This document shows positions 18,771-28,765 of a DNA stretch of 64,000 nt, one piece after another. A program made the position numbers and the translations under genes. Below the pieces are notes generated by a model. It made no database searches and was not told where the DNA came from. It saw only the letters and a program-made list of their open reading frames with translations. The number at the start of each line of letters is the position of its first letter. Within the stretch, counting starts at the first letter, position 1. The DNA is from Nitrosopumilus sp. GTDB lineage: Archaea > Thermoproteota > Nitrososphaeria > Nitrososphaerales > Nitrosopumilaceae. The stretch covers positions 608,001 through 672,000 of the forward strand of contig OY763927.2 in assembly GCA_963667665.2 (NCBI GenBank). The letters run 5' to 3'.

Positions 18771-19980
18771 AAATTTGTTGTACAACCATTGGTAAAAATG
18801 CACCAACATCAGATACAATTCCTAGTGCTTGCCATGTTCCTCTATCCATAAGTTTTGTAACTGTTGGCTGATTGATATCAATAACAATCACTTTAACATT
18901 TGCAGGAAGCATATTGCCTGTTGCAATAGAATGAAGCATGGTCGATACCATAATCACCATACTTGCATTTTTTAGAACTTTTTTGTATTCACGTTGTGCT
19001 TGAGTAACATCAGTGATGACATCTGGTAATGGCCCATCATCTCTAATGGAACTTGCTAAAACAAATGGTACATTATTTTTTACACATTCATACATGATTC
19101 CTTTTTTCAATTTTTTGGATTTTACCATATTTGCAATAGATCCTGCTTTGAAGACTGCATTGATTGCATCCATATGATTTCTATGTCCATGATATGCCAA
19201 TGTTGCATCATGTACATTCATTCCAAGTGATGTTCCAAGTGTCGCATATTCTATATCATGAACTGCAAGAGCATTTCCTGCCAATAGACCATCAATATAC
19301 CCTAATTTGATTAATTCAGATACTGCATCATCTGCACCAGTATGCACTATGGCAGGGCCTCCCACAAGTATTATTTTTCCACCTTTCTTTTTTGTATTGT
19401 AGATGTCTTCTGCAACTTTTTTTGCGATATGTTGAGTTGGTCTTTCACTAGAGCTTGTGCTTCCCATGAACTCAAAAACATTTACTCCTTCTCTTGGTCG
19501 TTCAGGTGGAGTAATTTTGATTCCTTTTTCCCCAACAATTATTTGGTCTCCTTTTTTGACATCTCTTACTGGAACACAGAATGCTCTATTTCCTTTCACT
19601 ACAATGCATTTATCCATCATCATGTTTTCAACTTGAATCCATTTTCCTTTAAAGAAAACTTGTGTGTGATTGTTTGTTGTACTGTAAAAATTATCAGGCA
19701 TGACATAGTTTTTTGGAGATTTTTTTAATGTGATTACTTTTTGAGTTTTAGATACTGCCCCTTCGCGATGAATTGTTTCTAAAATTTCATCTAATTGTTT
19801 TTGATTTTTCCCTGTAACAAGTAATCGTACATATGATTGATCTTTTTTTCTCTTACCAATATCAATTTCTTGTACTTGAAATTCCCCTTTAAGGTCCATG
19901 ATTTTATCAAAGATCTTAGTTAAAATCAAAGAGTCAATTAAATGACCTCTAACTTCAATCTCTTGAGAAAACTTGTTCAT
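18757..19980 (-). CDS. TIGR00300 family protein (LOR/SDH-related, ornithine cyclodeaminase-like)
   Basis: GHLIDS, PDNFYSTTN, GPAIVHTG, AGNALAVHD, MLHSIATGN. Confidence 0.9.
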   Translation of the reverse strand: MNKFSQEIEVRGHLIDSLILTKIFDKIMDLKGEFQVQEIDIGKRKKDQSYVRLLVTGKNQKQLDEILETIHREGAVSKTQKVITLKKSPKNYVMPDNFYSTTNNHTQVFFKGKWIQVENMMMDKCIVVKGNRAFCVPVRDVKKGDQIIVGEKGIKITPPERPREGVNVFEFMGSTSSSERPTQHIAKKVAEDIYNTKKKGGKIILVGGPAIVHTGADDAVSELIKLGYIDGLLAGNALAVHDIEYATLGTSLGMNVHDATLAYHGHRNHMDAINAVFKAGSIANMVKSKKLKKGIMYECVKNNVPFVLASSIRDDGPLPDVITDVTQAQREYKKVLKNASMVIMVSTMLHSIATGNMLPANVKVIVIDINQPTVTKLMDRGTWQALGIVSDVGAFLPMVVQQILLFH

Positions 19981-20038
19981 TTTATTATTCTCCATATCCT
20001 AATAACTAAAGGTTTACGTTTTGTTTTATGGCTAGAAA

Positions 20039-20386
20039 TTAGACAGGAAGTATAACCTTGCCTTCAAATTTTACTATGCCATCTTCCTCAAATGCTTTTT
20101 CCAAATTCTCTTTTTGTTGTTTTGTTACTCCTTGAACTATAGTCTTAGAAGAACCAGTTTTATCAACTAGTGCAAGAATATATCCGCTATTATCAGTCAA
20201 AACAAAACCTGCTGATTCATCAACAAATGCATATAGATTTTCTTCCCCTACTGGCTTCCAAATATCAGAACTATTGGCAACTAATGCAAGTGCAGGCATT
20301 GCTTTACCATCAGTCAGTTTATTGAGATATTCTCTTGCCTCTGCAACCCTTTTTTGGCCTAGTTTTAATGCCTGGAAATATTGCAT
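20039..20386 (-). CDS. Conserved hypothetical protein
   Basis: 115-aa ORF with host-like composition. Confidence 0.7.
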   Translation of the reverse strand: MQYFQALKLGQKRVAEAREYLNKLTDGKAMPALALVANSSDIWKPVGEENLYAFVDESAGFVLTDNSGYILALVDKTGSSKTIVQGVTKQQKENLEKAFEEDGIVKFEGKVILPV

Positions 20387-20464
20387 ATTTTCAAAATAAT
20401 GTGGTTGTTATAAAAACAATTTCTCTTCAAAAGATTGTTATAGAATCTTAGATTTTTTGAATGT

Positions 20465-20758
20465 ATGCCTCTTACAAATAATGTAATAATCAAACTAAAT
20501 GAGATAACTACTATAGTTGAGGACAAGTCAAAAATATCTGAATCTGAAATTGATGAGATAAAATCTATCTTTAAAACTGTTGTTAAAACTGGTGAACGAT
20601 ATGATGTAGATGAAATTGAATTTTGGTTTTCAAATGAAGGTAGTTGGAAAAGTAAAAATTCTATAATCCGAATTGTAAATCTTTCAAATTACATTCAAGA
20701 CAAATATCAGCAAACAGCTCATCTTAGAGTTATTTCTGATGATGATTGTGGTTGTTGA
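20465..20758 (+). CDS. Hypothetical protein
   Basis: 97-aa ORF. Confidence 0.7.
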   Translation: MPLTNNVIIKLNEITTIVEDKSKISESEIDEIKSIFKTVVKTGERYDVDEIEFWFSNEGSWKSKNSIIRIVNLSNYIQDKYQQTAHLRVISDDDCGC

Positions 20759-20760
20759 GA

Positions 20761-20985
20761 CTAGATTTCTAACTGTTCTAATAATCTTCCAACAATTTTT
20801 GAATTCTCTGATCTTTCATTAAGAATTTCTTTAAGACGTGTTTCATTTTTTTTATCTTTTTTAATCATTTGAAAATATTCGTCATCCAGTTCATTATTTG
20901 CTTGAAGTCTTTTAATTACCTCAAACAAAATTCCTATGATTTGTTTTTGCGCATCAATTAACTCATCTTTACTTCTCTCAGACAT
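20761..20985 (-). CDS. Hypothetical coiled-coil protein
   Basis: 74-aa ORF downstream of the HD hydrolase. Confidence 0.65.
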   Translation of the reverse strand: MSERSKDELIDAQKQIIGILFEVIKRLQANNELDDEYFQMIKKDKKNETRLKEILNERSENSKIVGRLLEQLEI

Positions 20986-20992
20986 ATTTTTA

Positions 20993-21526
20993 CTACATAT
21001 CTTTGATAATCTTTGTAAATAATTCTTTTAATTTTGGATCAGTAATATCTATTCTTGTAGATTCAAAAAATGATTCAAGTTTGTCGTGAGAATGTCCATC
21101 TTTTTCATATATTTTAGCTTGTAGAACCATCTCTAGCTTATCAATTTGATGTACAATTTTTGATTCTGGAGAATTATTTTCTTGGTATTCTTTCCAAATT
21201 TGTAAATATTGTAATTTAATTAAATTTGGTAAATTTTTAATAATTTCATTAAATGCATTATTTTCTAGTTTCTTTTTTTCTTCCTTACTGAGTTCTTCAG
21301 GAGTGTGATCACCAATTCTTGATTCAGCTAAATCATGTAACAGAATCATTTTGATGATTTTTTCAGAATCATAGTTTTGTAAATCTGATATCACCATACC
21401 CATAATTGCCATTGAATAAGAATGGTCTGCAACAGATTCAGGGCAATCTAATGACAATTTATCTATCCATCCTTGTCTAGATATTTTTTTGAGATTAACT
21501 GCAGTTTTAAGAAAATCCAATATCAT
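20993..21526 (-). CDS. HD-domain hydrolase (YfbR/HDDC2-like)
   Basis: RQGW, ESVADHS, LLHDLAE, DKLE. Confidence 0.9.
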   Translation of the reverse strand: MILDFLKTAVNLKKISRQGWIDKLSLDCPESVADHSYSMAIMGMVISDLQNYDSEKIIKMILLHDLAESRIGDHTPEELSKEEKKKLENNAFNEIIKNLPNLIKLQYLQIWKEYQENNSPESKIVHQIDKLEMVLQAKIYEKDGHSHDKLESFFESTRIDITDPKLKELFTKIIKDM

Positions 21527-21618
21527 TTTATCATAATTATGATGATGTTTTCTACTAATGAATTTTCATATTGTATAATTTCGAATAACATAATAGTTAA
21601 TTTTGATATAATACATTA

Positions 21619-22155
21619 ATGAAAATTTACACTAAAACTGGAGATAATGGGAATACGGATCTACAAAGAAATTTTAGAATAGCAAAATCTCACCCAAGAA
21701 TTATCTCATATGGAACAGTTGATGAAGTAAATGCAGCACTAGGATTAGTTTTAACAAATTCATTGGATAATGACATTACAAAAATTTTAACAGAAATTCA
21801 AAATGATCTATTTTTAGTTGGAGCAGATCTCTCAAATCCAAATCTGTCTGATGTAAAAAATAGAGTCACACTAGATATGGTTGAAAGATTGGAACAATAT
21901 ATTGACAAATTTGAATCAGAACTCCCTCCTTTAACAAATTTTATCTTACCAGGAGGGGGTATTGCTGCAGCACAATTACACTATGTTAGAACTGTTGTAA
22001 GGAGAGCTGAAACTCAAGTAGTTCAACTAAGTGAAAAAGATGAAATTAATTCAAATTGCATCAAATATCTCAACAGATTGTCTGATTTGTTTTTTGTAAT
22101 GGGCCGTCTAATCAATAAACGAAAAGACATAGATGACATTACATGGAAGATCTGA
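21619..22155 (+). CDS. pduO: Cob(I)alamin adenosyltransferase, PduO type
   Basis: KIYTKTGD, GTVDE, FILPGG, RRAE, YLNRLSD. Confidence 0.92.
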   Translation: MKIYTKTGDNGNTDLQRNFRIAKSHPRIISYGTVDEVNAALGLVLTNSLDNDITKILTEIQNDLFLVGADLSNPNLSDVKNRVTLDMVERLEQYIDKFESELPPLTNFILPGGGIAAAQLHYVRTVVRRAETQVVQLSEKDEINSNCIKYLNRLSDLFFVMGRLINKRKDIDDITWKI

Positions 22156-22198
22156 AAAGACAAACTTTAATTCCTCAACTAAATTCATTTTTCTAAGT

Positions 22199-22272
22199 GC
22201 CGTGGTAGCTCAGCCTGGGAGAGCACTCGGCTGAAGACCGGGCTGTCGCGCGTTCAAATCCCGCCCGCGGCA
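22199..22272 (+). tRNA. tRNA-Phe (GAA)
   Basis: Cloverleaf GCCGTGG...CCGCGGC-A; anticodon loop CTGAAGA; TTCAAAT T-loop. Confidence 0.95.
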
Positions 22273-22314
22273 CTGTACTATATTCAAATACTTTTTCTTT
22301 TCAATGATAAATAC

Positions 22315-22443
22315 ATGAATTATTGTAAAATTTGCAATTCAACAAAAGAGTTAGTCCAATTAGAAGCCAAAATTGATCTTTTTACCCCTCAAATTCAGGA
22401 TGGTTTTATTTGTCGAAAATGTCTTTCAAGTAAAAAGGGTTAA
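22315..22443 (+). CDS. Zn-finger micro-protein (42 aa)
   Basis: MNYCKICNS...FICRKCLSSKKG; two CxxC motifs. Confidence 0.55.
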   Translation: MNYCKICNSTKELVQLEAKIDLFTPQIQDGFICRKCLSSKKG

Positions 22444-22624
22444 AAATTAACATCTGAATATCTAATCAACCATACTTTTGAATACAATGTAGTAAATTTG
22501 AAAATTAAGAGAATAAGAGTCCTTTTTCATAATTACATAATGTTAAGTAAAGATTTCACTTAATACATTTGGTTTTCATTTTATTCACTTTTCTTTAGAA
22601 ATAAAGAAAAGGTGGAAAACCAAC

Positions 22625-22957
22625 CTATGCGTCTATTAGATTGAAAAAATTTTTTCCAGATGCTGATTTCTCAGAGATACATTTGACAGGTCCTAAAGGA
22701 TTTCCGTTATTAACATCAATTCTAAGTTTTCCATTGTTGAATTTTTTCACAATTGCCACTCTTGTTGTGTAAAATTTATTGATTGAATTTCCTTCGATCT
22801 CAAATGTTTCTTTGGTAGTAATCTTTACTCCCTTTGTGACTTCATTACCTTGGGTATAATCTGAATCTTCGATAAAGGTAATTGTAAATGCTTTATCGTC
22901 AATTTTTGCCAAGCTTGCTGAATCGCCTATTGTTGCATAATCTGCTAATGTTGCTAT
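22625..22957 (-). CDS. Hypothetical beta-rich protein with an apparent ATA start
   Basis: GGAGGTGA Shine-Dalgarno 6 nt upstream of an in-frame ATA (IATLADYATIGDSASLAKID...). Confidence 0.6.
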   Translation of the reverse strand: MATLADYATIGDSASLAKIDDKAFTITFIEDSDYTQGNEVTKGVKITTKETFEIEGNSINKFYTTRVAIVKKFNNGKLRIDVNNGNPLGPVKCISEKSASGKNFFNLIDA

Positions 22958-23227
22958 TTCTTATCACCTCCAATAGAATTCCTATTAATGAATAGGTGAT
23001 AAAGTGAACTTGGAGTAAATGATTGACTCAAGTGGCCACTATTTTCATTATTAATTATATATTCACATAATTTTTTAGAATAAATTTACTTATTTGAGCC
23101 AGAGATCATATGTAACTATGAAAATAATATATTTAATCGATCGATTATAATTTAATTTAAATAATTTCTATAAAAATAATTCTACATAATCTTTAAAAAC
23201 AAGGCAAACTCTTGTTTTTCGATATTC

Positions 23228-23479
23228 ATGGTTGAAAAAATGTCTACAAAAAAAAGTAGCGTGAAAAAACCCAAAACTAAGGCAAAAATTACAAAGACCA
23301 AAACTAGTAAAAATAAAGATAAATCAACAAAATCAAAGAGTAAAAAAACAAAGAATGAGTCATATAGTGATATGGGAATTGTCATAGTTGACGACGATAT
23401 AGAAATTGACAAGGAAAAAGTCAATGAAGAAAGAAGGGCTTATCTTGAAGAAGCAAGATCCCAAGAAGCATCAGACTAG
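23228..23479 (+). CDS. Lys-rich hypothetical protein
   Basis: Basic N-terminus, acidic C-terminus. Confidence 0.7.
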   Translation: MVEKMSTKKSSVKKPKTKAKITKTKTSKNKDKSTKSKSKKTKNESYSDMGIVIVDDDIEIDKEKVNEERRAYLEEARSQEASD

Positions 23480-23513
23480 GAATCTTTATCCGATCAGGTG
23501 ATGTATAGTACTT

Positions 23514-23753
23514 ATGCGTGCACTATGTTTGATAATGGTAAAACCTAGCAAAGTAGACGGAGTAGTTGAAATATTAAAGAAGAAACGTAGAGTTGTAAAA
23601 CAAGTTATGATTGTTGCTGGAAGAGCAGACATCAGTGTGCTTTTACAAGGAAATATTGAGGACATTAATCACATGGTAATTGATTTCAAAAAAATTAAAG
23701 ATATTGTTAATACTGAAACGCTAATTGAAGTAGAGGTAAATCTAGGTTGGTAA
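23514..23753 (+). CDS. Lrp/AsnC ligand-binding-domain protein
   Basis: VAGRADI, TETLIE. Confidence 0.85.
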   Translation: MRALCLIMVKPSKVDGVVEILKKKRRVVKQVMIVAGRADISVLLQGNIEDINHMVIDFKKIKDIVNTETLIEVEVNLGW

Positions 23754-23965
23754 GGGCAATAATTCTAGTAAAATCCCCAAAGAAACTCATAGCTGCTAGA
23801 CTACTAAAGATTCCCGCAATATCTAACTCTTTTCCAACTAGCGGACAATTTGATGCTGTTGCGGTAATTGATGTTGAACAACTAGTTCAGATTAAAGACG
23901 TGGCAAATCAGATTCAAAAAATTATTGGTGTAGAAAGGACTGAAACCATGGTTGAAGTTCAATGA
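23747..23965 (+). CDS. Lrp/AsnC ligand-binding-domain protein
   Basis: TSGQFDAV, GVERTETMV. Confidence 0.85.
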   Translation: MVRAIILVKSPKKLIAARLLKIPAISNSFPTSGQFDAVAVIDVEQLVQIKDVANQIQKIIGVERTETMVEVQ

Positions 23966-23999
23966 CAATGGATTTAAAGAACTCAGAGGTAGCATTTCT

Positions 24000-24413
24000 G
24001 TGAACATCAAAAAAGTTGGAAATGTAATTTTAGCAGTTCAAGATATAGACAAATCCATAGAATTTTACAATGGAATCATAGGTCTTCCAATTAAAAGGCA
24101 AAGGAGATCATGGGTTGATTTGGGTACATCTGGTGCTTTATTGAGTTTACATCCAACATCCTTAACAGCAGAACATGTTGGTAGTTCTATTGATAATGGG
24201 ATCACCATAGGATTTCTTGTTGGAGATGTACAATCTGCAATTGATGAATTAAAAGAAAAAGGTGTCAAGATTCATCGTGATATTGTAGAAAAAGATGCAG
24301 GAAAAAATGCAATAATTTCAGATCCTGATGGGTATCTAATTTCTTTGTTTGAACCAATCTTTAATGATGAGGCTCAACAAACTGGCGGATATCAAGGATT
24401 TACACCAGCTTAG
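24000..24413 (+). CDS. VOC/glyoxalase family protein
   Basis: VQDIDKSIEFY, DPDGYLISL. Confidence 0.9.
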   Translation: MNIKKVGNVILAVQDIDKSIEFYNGIIGLPIKRQRRSWVDLGTSGALLSLHPTSLTAEHVGSSIDNGITIGFLVGDVQSAIDELKEKGVKIHRDIVEKDAGKNAIISDPDGYLISLFEPIFNDEAQQTGGYQGFTPA

Positions 24414-24796
24414 ATTATTTTTTTAATTGAAGCAATAATTTTTTCTATACCTTTTTCTTTTCTGTTAATTGAAACCCAGTATGTAATGTCATTTTTCTGC
24501 AAAACCACAATTGTTATTTTTTGATGTTGTAAAATCATATGTTCCAGTTTTCCAACAGCATTAGATGTATTTTTTCTTAACGACATCAAAGTAGAAATGA
24601 TAAAAAACTCATTTTTTATCTCTTCTGGTTTTAACAAAGGTTTTTGATTTGGCTGAATGATTCCAGATAAGGTTCTGCCATATACGTTAATAACACCAGC
24701 ATATCTAACACTATTTGATAATTTTAGAATATTTTGGCATTGTTTTCTATATTTTATTATAGTGTCTTTCCATTTTTCTGCTGGAGTTTTTGCCAT
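24410..24796 (-). CDS. Roadblock/profilin-like thaumarchaeal protein
   Basis: VRYAGVINVYGR...GKLEHM pattern. Confidence 0.7.
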   Translation of the reverse strand: MAKTPAEKWKDTIIKYRKQCQNILKLSNSVRYAGVINVYGRTLSGIIQPNQKPLLKPEEIKNEFFIISTLMSLRKNTSNAVGKLEHMILQHQKITIVVLQKNDITYWVSINRKEKGIEKIIASIKKII

Positions 24797-24872
24797 ATGC
24801 AAAATTGAATTTAGAAATTAATAAGGATTTGTACGTATTTTAAATTGAAAAACTAGAGTTTGAAAACTATTT

Positions 24873-25250
24873 TTAATTGTGTTTAGGTGTTGATTCTTTT
24901 TCTAATTTTTTCTTTAAATTCAAATTCTCTTTTAATAATTTGTCATTTTCTGCTTGAAGTGTTTGAACTGAATTTTGTCTAGTATACAGCGGATGTCCAG
25001 GTGGAATGATTGTAGAATTCATCGATACCAATCCAGATGCATATTGTTGGTACATCTGTTGAAATCCTTGAAGTTTTTGATTAATAGTATCAAGTTCTTG
25101 AGAAAATTGCTCTTTCATAGGTGTTTCATAAATTTTGAACATTGGATGAGTTAATCCTGGGGGTAGTCTAGGAAATTGTAATGCTAAATGAGGGATATTT
25201 GGATTTAATCCATAAAGGTCCTGTAAATGTTTGATTGCTGAATTATCCAT
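24873..25250 (-). CDS. Hypothetical protein with C-terminal coiled coil
   Basis: 125-aa ORF. Confidence 0.6.
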   Translation of the reverse strand: MDNSAIKHLQDLYGLNPNIPHLALQFPRLPPGLTHPMFKIYETPMKEQFSQELDTINQKLQGFQQMYQQYASGLVSMNSTIIPPGHPLYTRQNSVQTLQAENDKLLKENLNLKKKLEKESTPKHN

Positions 25251-25387
25251 AAAATTGGTCCATGTTTGCCATATTTCTGCATTGCTTTAGGCATTTGATA
25301 TACTGTTTAGTAAAATCTCAGTCACCTTTGCTTAATTTGAGCTGATCGCTGATCCTTATAGATTCATGATTTAGATCGCTGATACAC

Positions 25388-25534
25388 ATGGCCGGAACAA
25401 AAAAGACATGTCTAAAATGTAAAAAAGACATCAAAGAAAAAGATCTTCATAAGATTGTAATCTATATTGTTCAAGAAAAATTTTCTGAACATCATTATGA
25501 ACATGTTGAATGTCCAGACAGATTTACAGTATGA
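25388..25534 (+). CDS. Zn-binding micro-protein (48 aa)
   Basis: MAGTKKTCLKCKKDI...HYEHVECPDRFTV; CxxC...HxxC. Confidence 0.65.
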   Translation: MAGTKKTCLKCKKDIKEKDLHKIVIYIVQEKFSEHHYEHVECPDRFTV

Positions 25535-25553
25535 TAATTTATTTTCTAAACCA

Positions 25554-26330
25554 TTATCCTTTGTAACCATACACTTTGTAAATTTCACCAGTTAACCTAG
25601 AACGGTATTTCCACTCATTATCTTTCCAAATTATTTGATTAAATTCTTTTTGTGAATTCTGTGATATTCTTTGAAATACATCATCCCCAATCAAAATTTG
25701 GTTAGGTTTTGCTGTATTTTGAATTTTTGCAGCAATATTCATTGCGGGACCCATTAAATCCACATGAGAATGTTCCATATCTGCCCCATATCGAACTATA
25801 ATATTTTGGCCAAAGTCAACTCCAATCTTTACCATCAAATCTGAATAGTCATACTGATTTAGAATTGGATTAATTCCTTTTTGAATTACTGTGAGCATTG
25901 ATTTTGCACAATTTACTGCATCATCTGCTGCTTCTGTTTCGTAAATTTTATCTTCATCTGAAACAAAATATCCAATTACCGCATCTCCAACAAATTTTAG
26001 TACGTATCCATGATGTTGTCTAATTACTGTAGCCATTTCTTGTGAAAATGAACTTATAATTATTGCAATTTTTTCTGCAGGCATTTCCAACGTCATTGTA
26101 GTTGAACCAACCAAATCAACATAAAGTACAACCATATCTAATTTTGAAAATACATGTTTTCTTAGAAATTGATCTGACTCATCAACTACACCTGAATATT
26201 CATAACCTTTTTTGAGTGCCCCCCAAACTCTTTTCTGTGTTTCCAAGATCATTGATTCAGAATCAAGAATCTGTCGTTTATTTTTAGAAACCTCGGATTC
26301 TTTTTTTAATCCATTTTTATCTTCAGTCAT
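25554..26330 (-). CDS. Class III adenylate/guanylate cyclase domain protein
   Basis: YVDLVGST, KFVGDAV, GPAMNIAAKIQ. Confidence 0.92.
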   Translation of the reverse strand: MTEDKNGLKKESEVSKNKRQILDSESMILETQKRVWGALKKGYEYSGVVDESDQFLRKHVFSKLDMVVLYVDLVGSTTMTLEMPAEKIAIIISSFSQEMATVIRQHHGYVLKFVGDAVIGYFVSDEDKIYETEAADDAVNCAKSMLTVIQKGINPILNQYDYSDLMVKIGVDFGQNIIVRYGADMEHSHVDLMGPAMNIAAKIQNTAKPNQILIGDDVFQRISQNSQKEFNQIIWKDNEWKYRSRLTGEIYKVYGYKG

Positions 26331-26339
26331 ATCATGTCC

Positions 26340-26462
26340 TCATTCTAAAGGAAAATCCACTCCACAGTTAGGGCATTTACCTCTATTCCCCTTGTATCCA
26401 TCATGATAATACTCTGTAATCTCGATGTTGCAATTATAGCAAGTAATTTTAGAATCTCCCAT
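26340..26462 (-). CDS. Zn-ribbon micro-protein (40 aa)
   Basis: MGDSKITCYNC...GKCPNCGVDFPLE, directly upstream of the cyclase. Confidence 0.7.
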   Translation of the reverse strand: MGDSKITCYNCNIEITEYYHDGYKGNRGKCPNCGVDFPLE

Positions 26463-26521
26463 GCCTAAAATTATGATTTTGTATATTTAGAGATTGATGA
26501 AGGTTTAAGGAGTACAATAAT

Positions 26522-27373
26522 TTGCTATTTCTTGTGCGCCTAGGCTTAAGAAACCCCAATGAATTCATACAGAAATTAAATGAAAAAAACGAAGTAATTC
26601 AAAAAAAATTTCTTACGAAGATGGCCGATCTTACAAAAATGATTGATATCAAAGTGATGATGGGGGATTCTACCATAACAGAGCAAAAAACATTTGATCC
26701 ACAACAAGTAACTGACTATTTTCAAAAAATTAATCACAATCTCAAAGATTGGTCTTTACAAGATGTATCAATTACTAACAATGAAGACCTTAGAAGAATT
26801 TTTACAAAATTTGAAATTATGGAAGGAAATTATTTAATTTCAGGACATTTATCATTACAATTTCATGTGTTATTGTATTACAAACCAGAACAACGTGTAC
26901 TTGACTGCCAAAAAGAATTATCAGAGATTGTTGATTTAACAAAAAATAAAGAACAGCAAATTTCAGATAATAGTGATCAAGTTGTTTTAAACAAACTCAA
27001 GGAGATGGGATACAAGGACTTTGATCATCAAAAATTATTTGAAATATTTTATGAAAATGATGAATTTAGAGAAAAAGTTTATGCAGAGATAGAAAAAGAT
27101 GCTGGAGTTAACTTTCAAGAACTATCTGAAAAAAAGACAAAATTATTTAACGAACTTGATTCTCTTTTAATTGAAACATATCAAACAAGTTCTATACTAA
27201 TTGATGATAATAGATTAATTGCGGGTGAAGAAGGATGTTTATGCACAATTGATTTAGAATTTGTAAAAAATAATAACAGAGAAGGTTTGTTTGATCCAAG
27301 AAAAATATCTGATTCAGTTCAAGAAAATATTTTAAAACGCTTAGATGAATTTGAAAATATTATTAATTCATAA
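26522..27373 (+). CDS. Conserved hypothetical protein
   Basis: 283-aa ORF; start uncertain. Confidence 0.75.
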   Translation: MLFLVRLGLRNPNEFIQKLNEKNEVIQKKFLTKMADLTKMIDIKVMMGDSTITEQKTFDPQQVTDYFQKINHNLKDWSLQDVSITNNEDLRRIFTKFEIMEGNYLISGHLSLQFHVLLYYKPEQRVLDCQKELSEIVDLTKNKEQQISDNSDQVVLNKLKEMGYKDFDHQKLFEIFYENDEFREKVYAEIEKDAGVNFQELSEKKTKLFNELDSLLIETYQTSSILIDDNRLIAGEEGCLCTIDLEFVKNNNREGLFDPRKISDSVQENILKRLDEFENIINS

Positions 27374-27555
27374 ACTAAAACCAAGGAACCGGAGAATGAG
27401 AAATTTTCTCAAAGGGGAGATCCGATCCCTTGATATATTTTCAACGTTATTCTTGAACTATTTAGGCATTCCTACATATTTAGGCACATAATTTGAGAAA
27501 AGTTACAATTTTTGTATAGAAGAAGTCAAATACATCGTTATTAGCAACATTTCCA

Positions 27556-28764
27556 ATGAACCCATCATATGATGAAATACTAAAAGCAAATTCAATGAGA
27601 GGAGATGATATAAAAAAAACCCCATTAATTTATTCACCAGTATTTAGTGAGATTACCGATTCTCAAGTTTATCTAAAAGCAGAATTTAGACAAAGAACTG
27701 GTTCATTTAAAATTCGTGGAGCATACTATAAAATCAAATCATTATCTGAGGAAGAGAAAAAACATGGTGTAGTTGCAGCATCTGCAGGGAATCATGCTCA
27801 AGGAATGGCATTTGCATCGTCATTAGAAAAAATCTCTTGTACTATTGTAATGCCAAAAAATGCATCTCCAGCAAAAGTAGCTGCAACTCGAGGATATGGA
27901 GCAAATGTGGTCTTGGAAGGAATAAACTATGATGAATCATTTGCAAAGGCAAAAGAAATTGCTAAAGAAACAGGAGCTACAATGATCCATGCTTTTGATG
28001 ATCCGCAAATTATCGCAGCTCATGGAGTTATAGGATTAGAGATATTAGATGATCTTCCAGATGTAGATGAAATTTATGTGCCAATAGGTGGAGGCGGATT
28101 AGCTGCTGGAACTTTAATTGCAATTAAAGAAAAAAATCCAAACATCAAAGTAGTGGGTGTTCAATCAAGATCATTTCCATCAATGTATGAATCTGTAAAA
28201 CAAGGTTCTTTGACTGAAAGTGGAGGTGTAAGAACAATTGCAGATGGAATTTCTGTAAAAACCCCTGGGCAATTGACATTTAATATTATTAACGAACTCA
28301 TAGATGAAATTGTTCTTGTAGATGATATGGAAATCACAAAAGCAATGTTTCTTCTTATGGAAAGAATGAAGTTTGTTGTAGAGCCCGCTGGTGCTGCAAG
28401 TTTAGCATATTTGATATCCAAAAAACCGGCTCCTGGAAAGAAAGTTGTTGCAATTCTAGCGGGAGGAAATGTGGATATGTACCTTTTAGGTCAGATTGTA
28501 GACAAGGGTCTTGCCGCAATGGGTCGTTTGCTTAAACTATCAATATTGTTGCCTGATAGACCAGGTGCATTCAAAGAAATTGTTGATGAGATAACTCTAG
28601 CAAATGTAAACATTGTAGAAGTAGTTCATGACAGACTAAGCTCCAACATCAATGCTGGCTCAGCTGGAGTAACATTGAGTCTTGAAACTCAGGGAAAAGA
28701 ACAAGCAGATCTGTTAATTGATGCACTAAAAAAGAAGAATATTCAATTCACTTTATTGACTTAG
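27556..28764 (+). CDS. ilvA: Threonine ammonia-lyase with ACT domain
   Basis: TGSFKIRGA, ASAGNHAQG, PIGGGGL, PDRPG. Confidence 0.95.
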   Translation: MNPSYDEILKANSMRGDDIKKTPLIYSPVFSEITDSQVYLKAEFRQRTGSFKIRGAYYKIKSLSEEEKKHGVVAASAGNHAQGMAFASSLEKISCTIVMPKNASPAKVAATRGYGANVVLEGINYDESFAKAKEIAKETGATMIHAFDDPQIIAAHGVIGLEILDDLPDVDEIYVPIGGGGLAAGTLIAIKEKNPNIKVVGVQSRSFPSMYESVKQGSLTESGGVRTIADGISVKTPGQLTFNIINELIDEIVLVDDMEITKAMFLLMERMKFVVEPAGAASLAYLISKKPAPGKKVVAILAGGNVDMYLLGQIVDKGLAAMGRLLKLSILLPDRPGAFKEIVDEITLANVNIVEVVHDRLSSNINAGSAGVTLSLETQGKEQADLLIDALKKKNIQFTLLT

Positions 28765-28765
28765 A

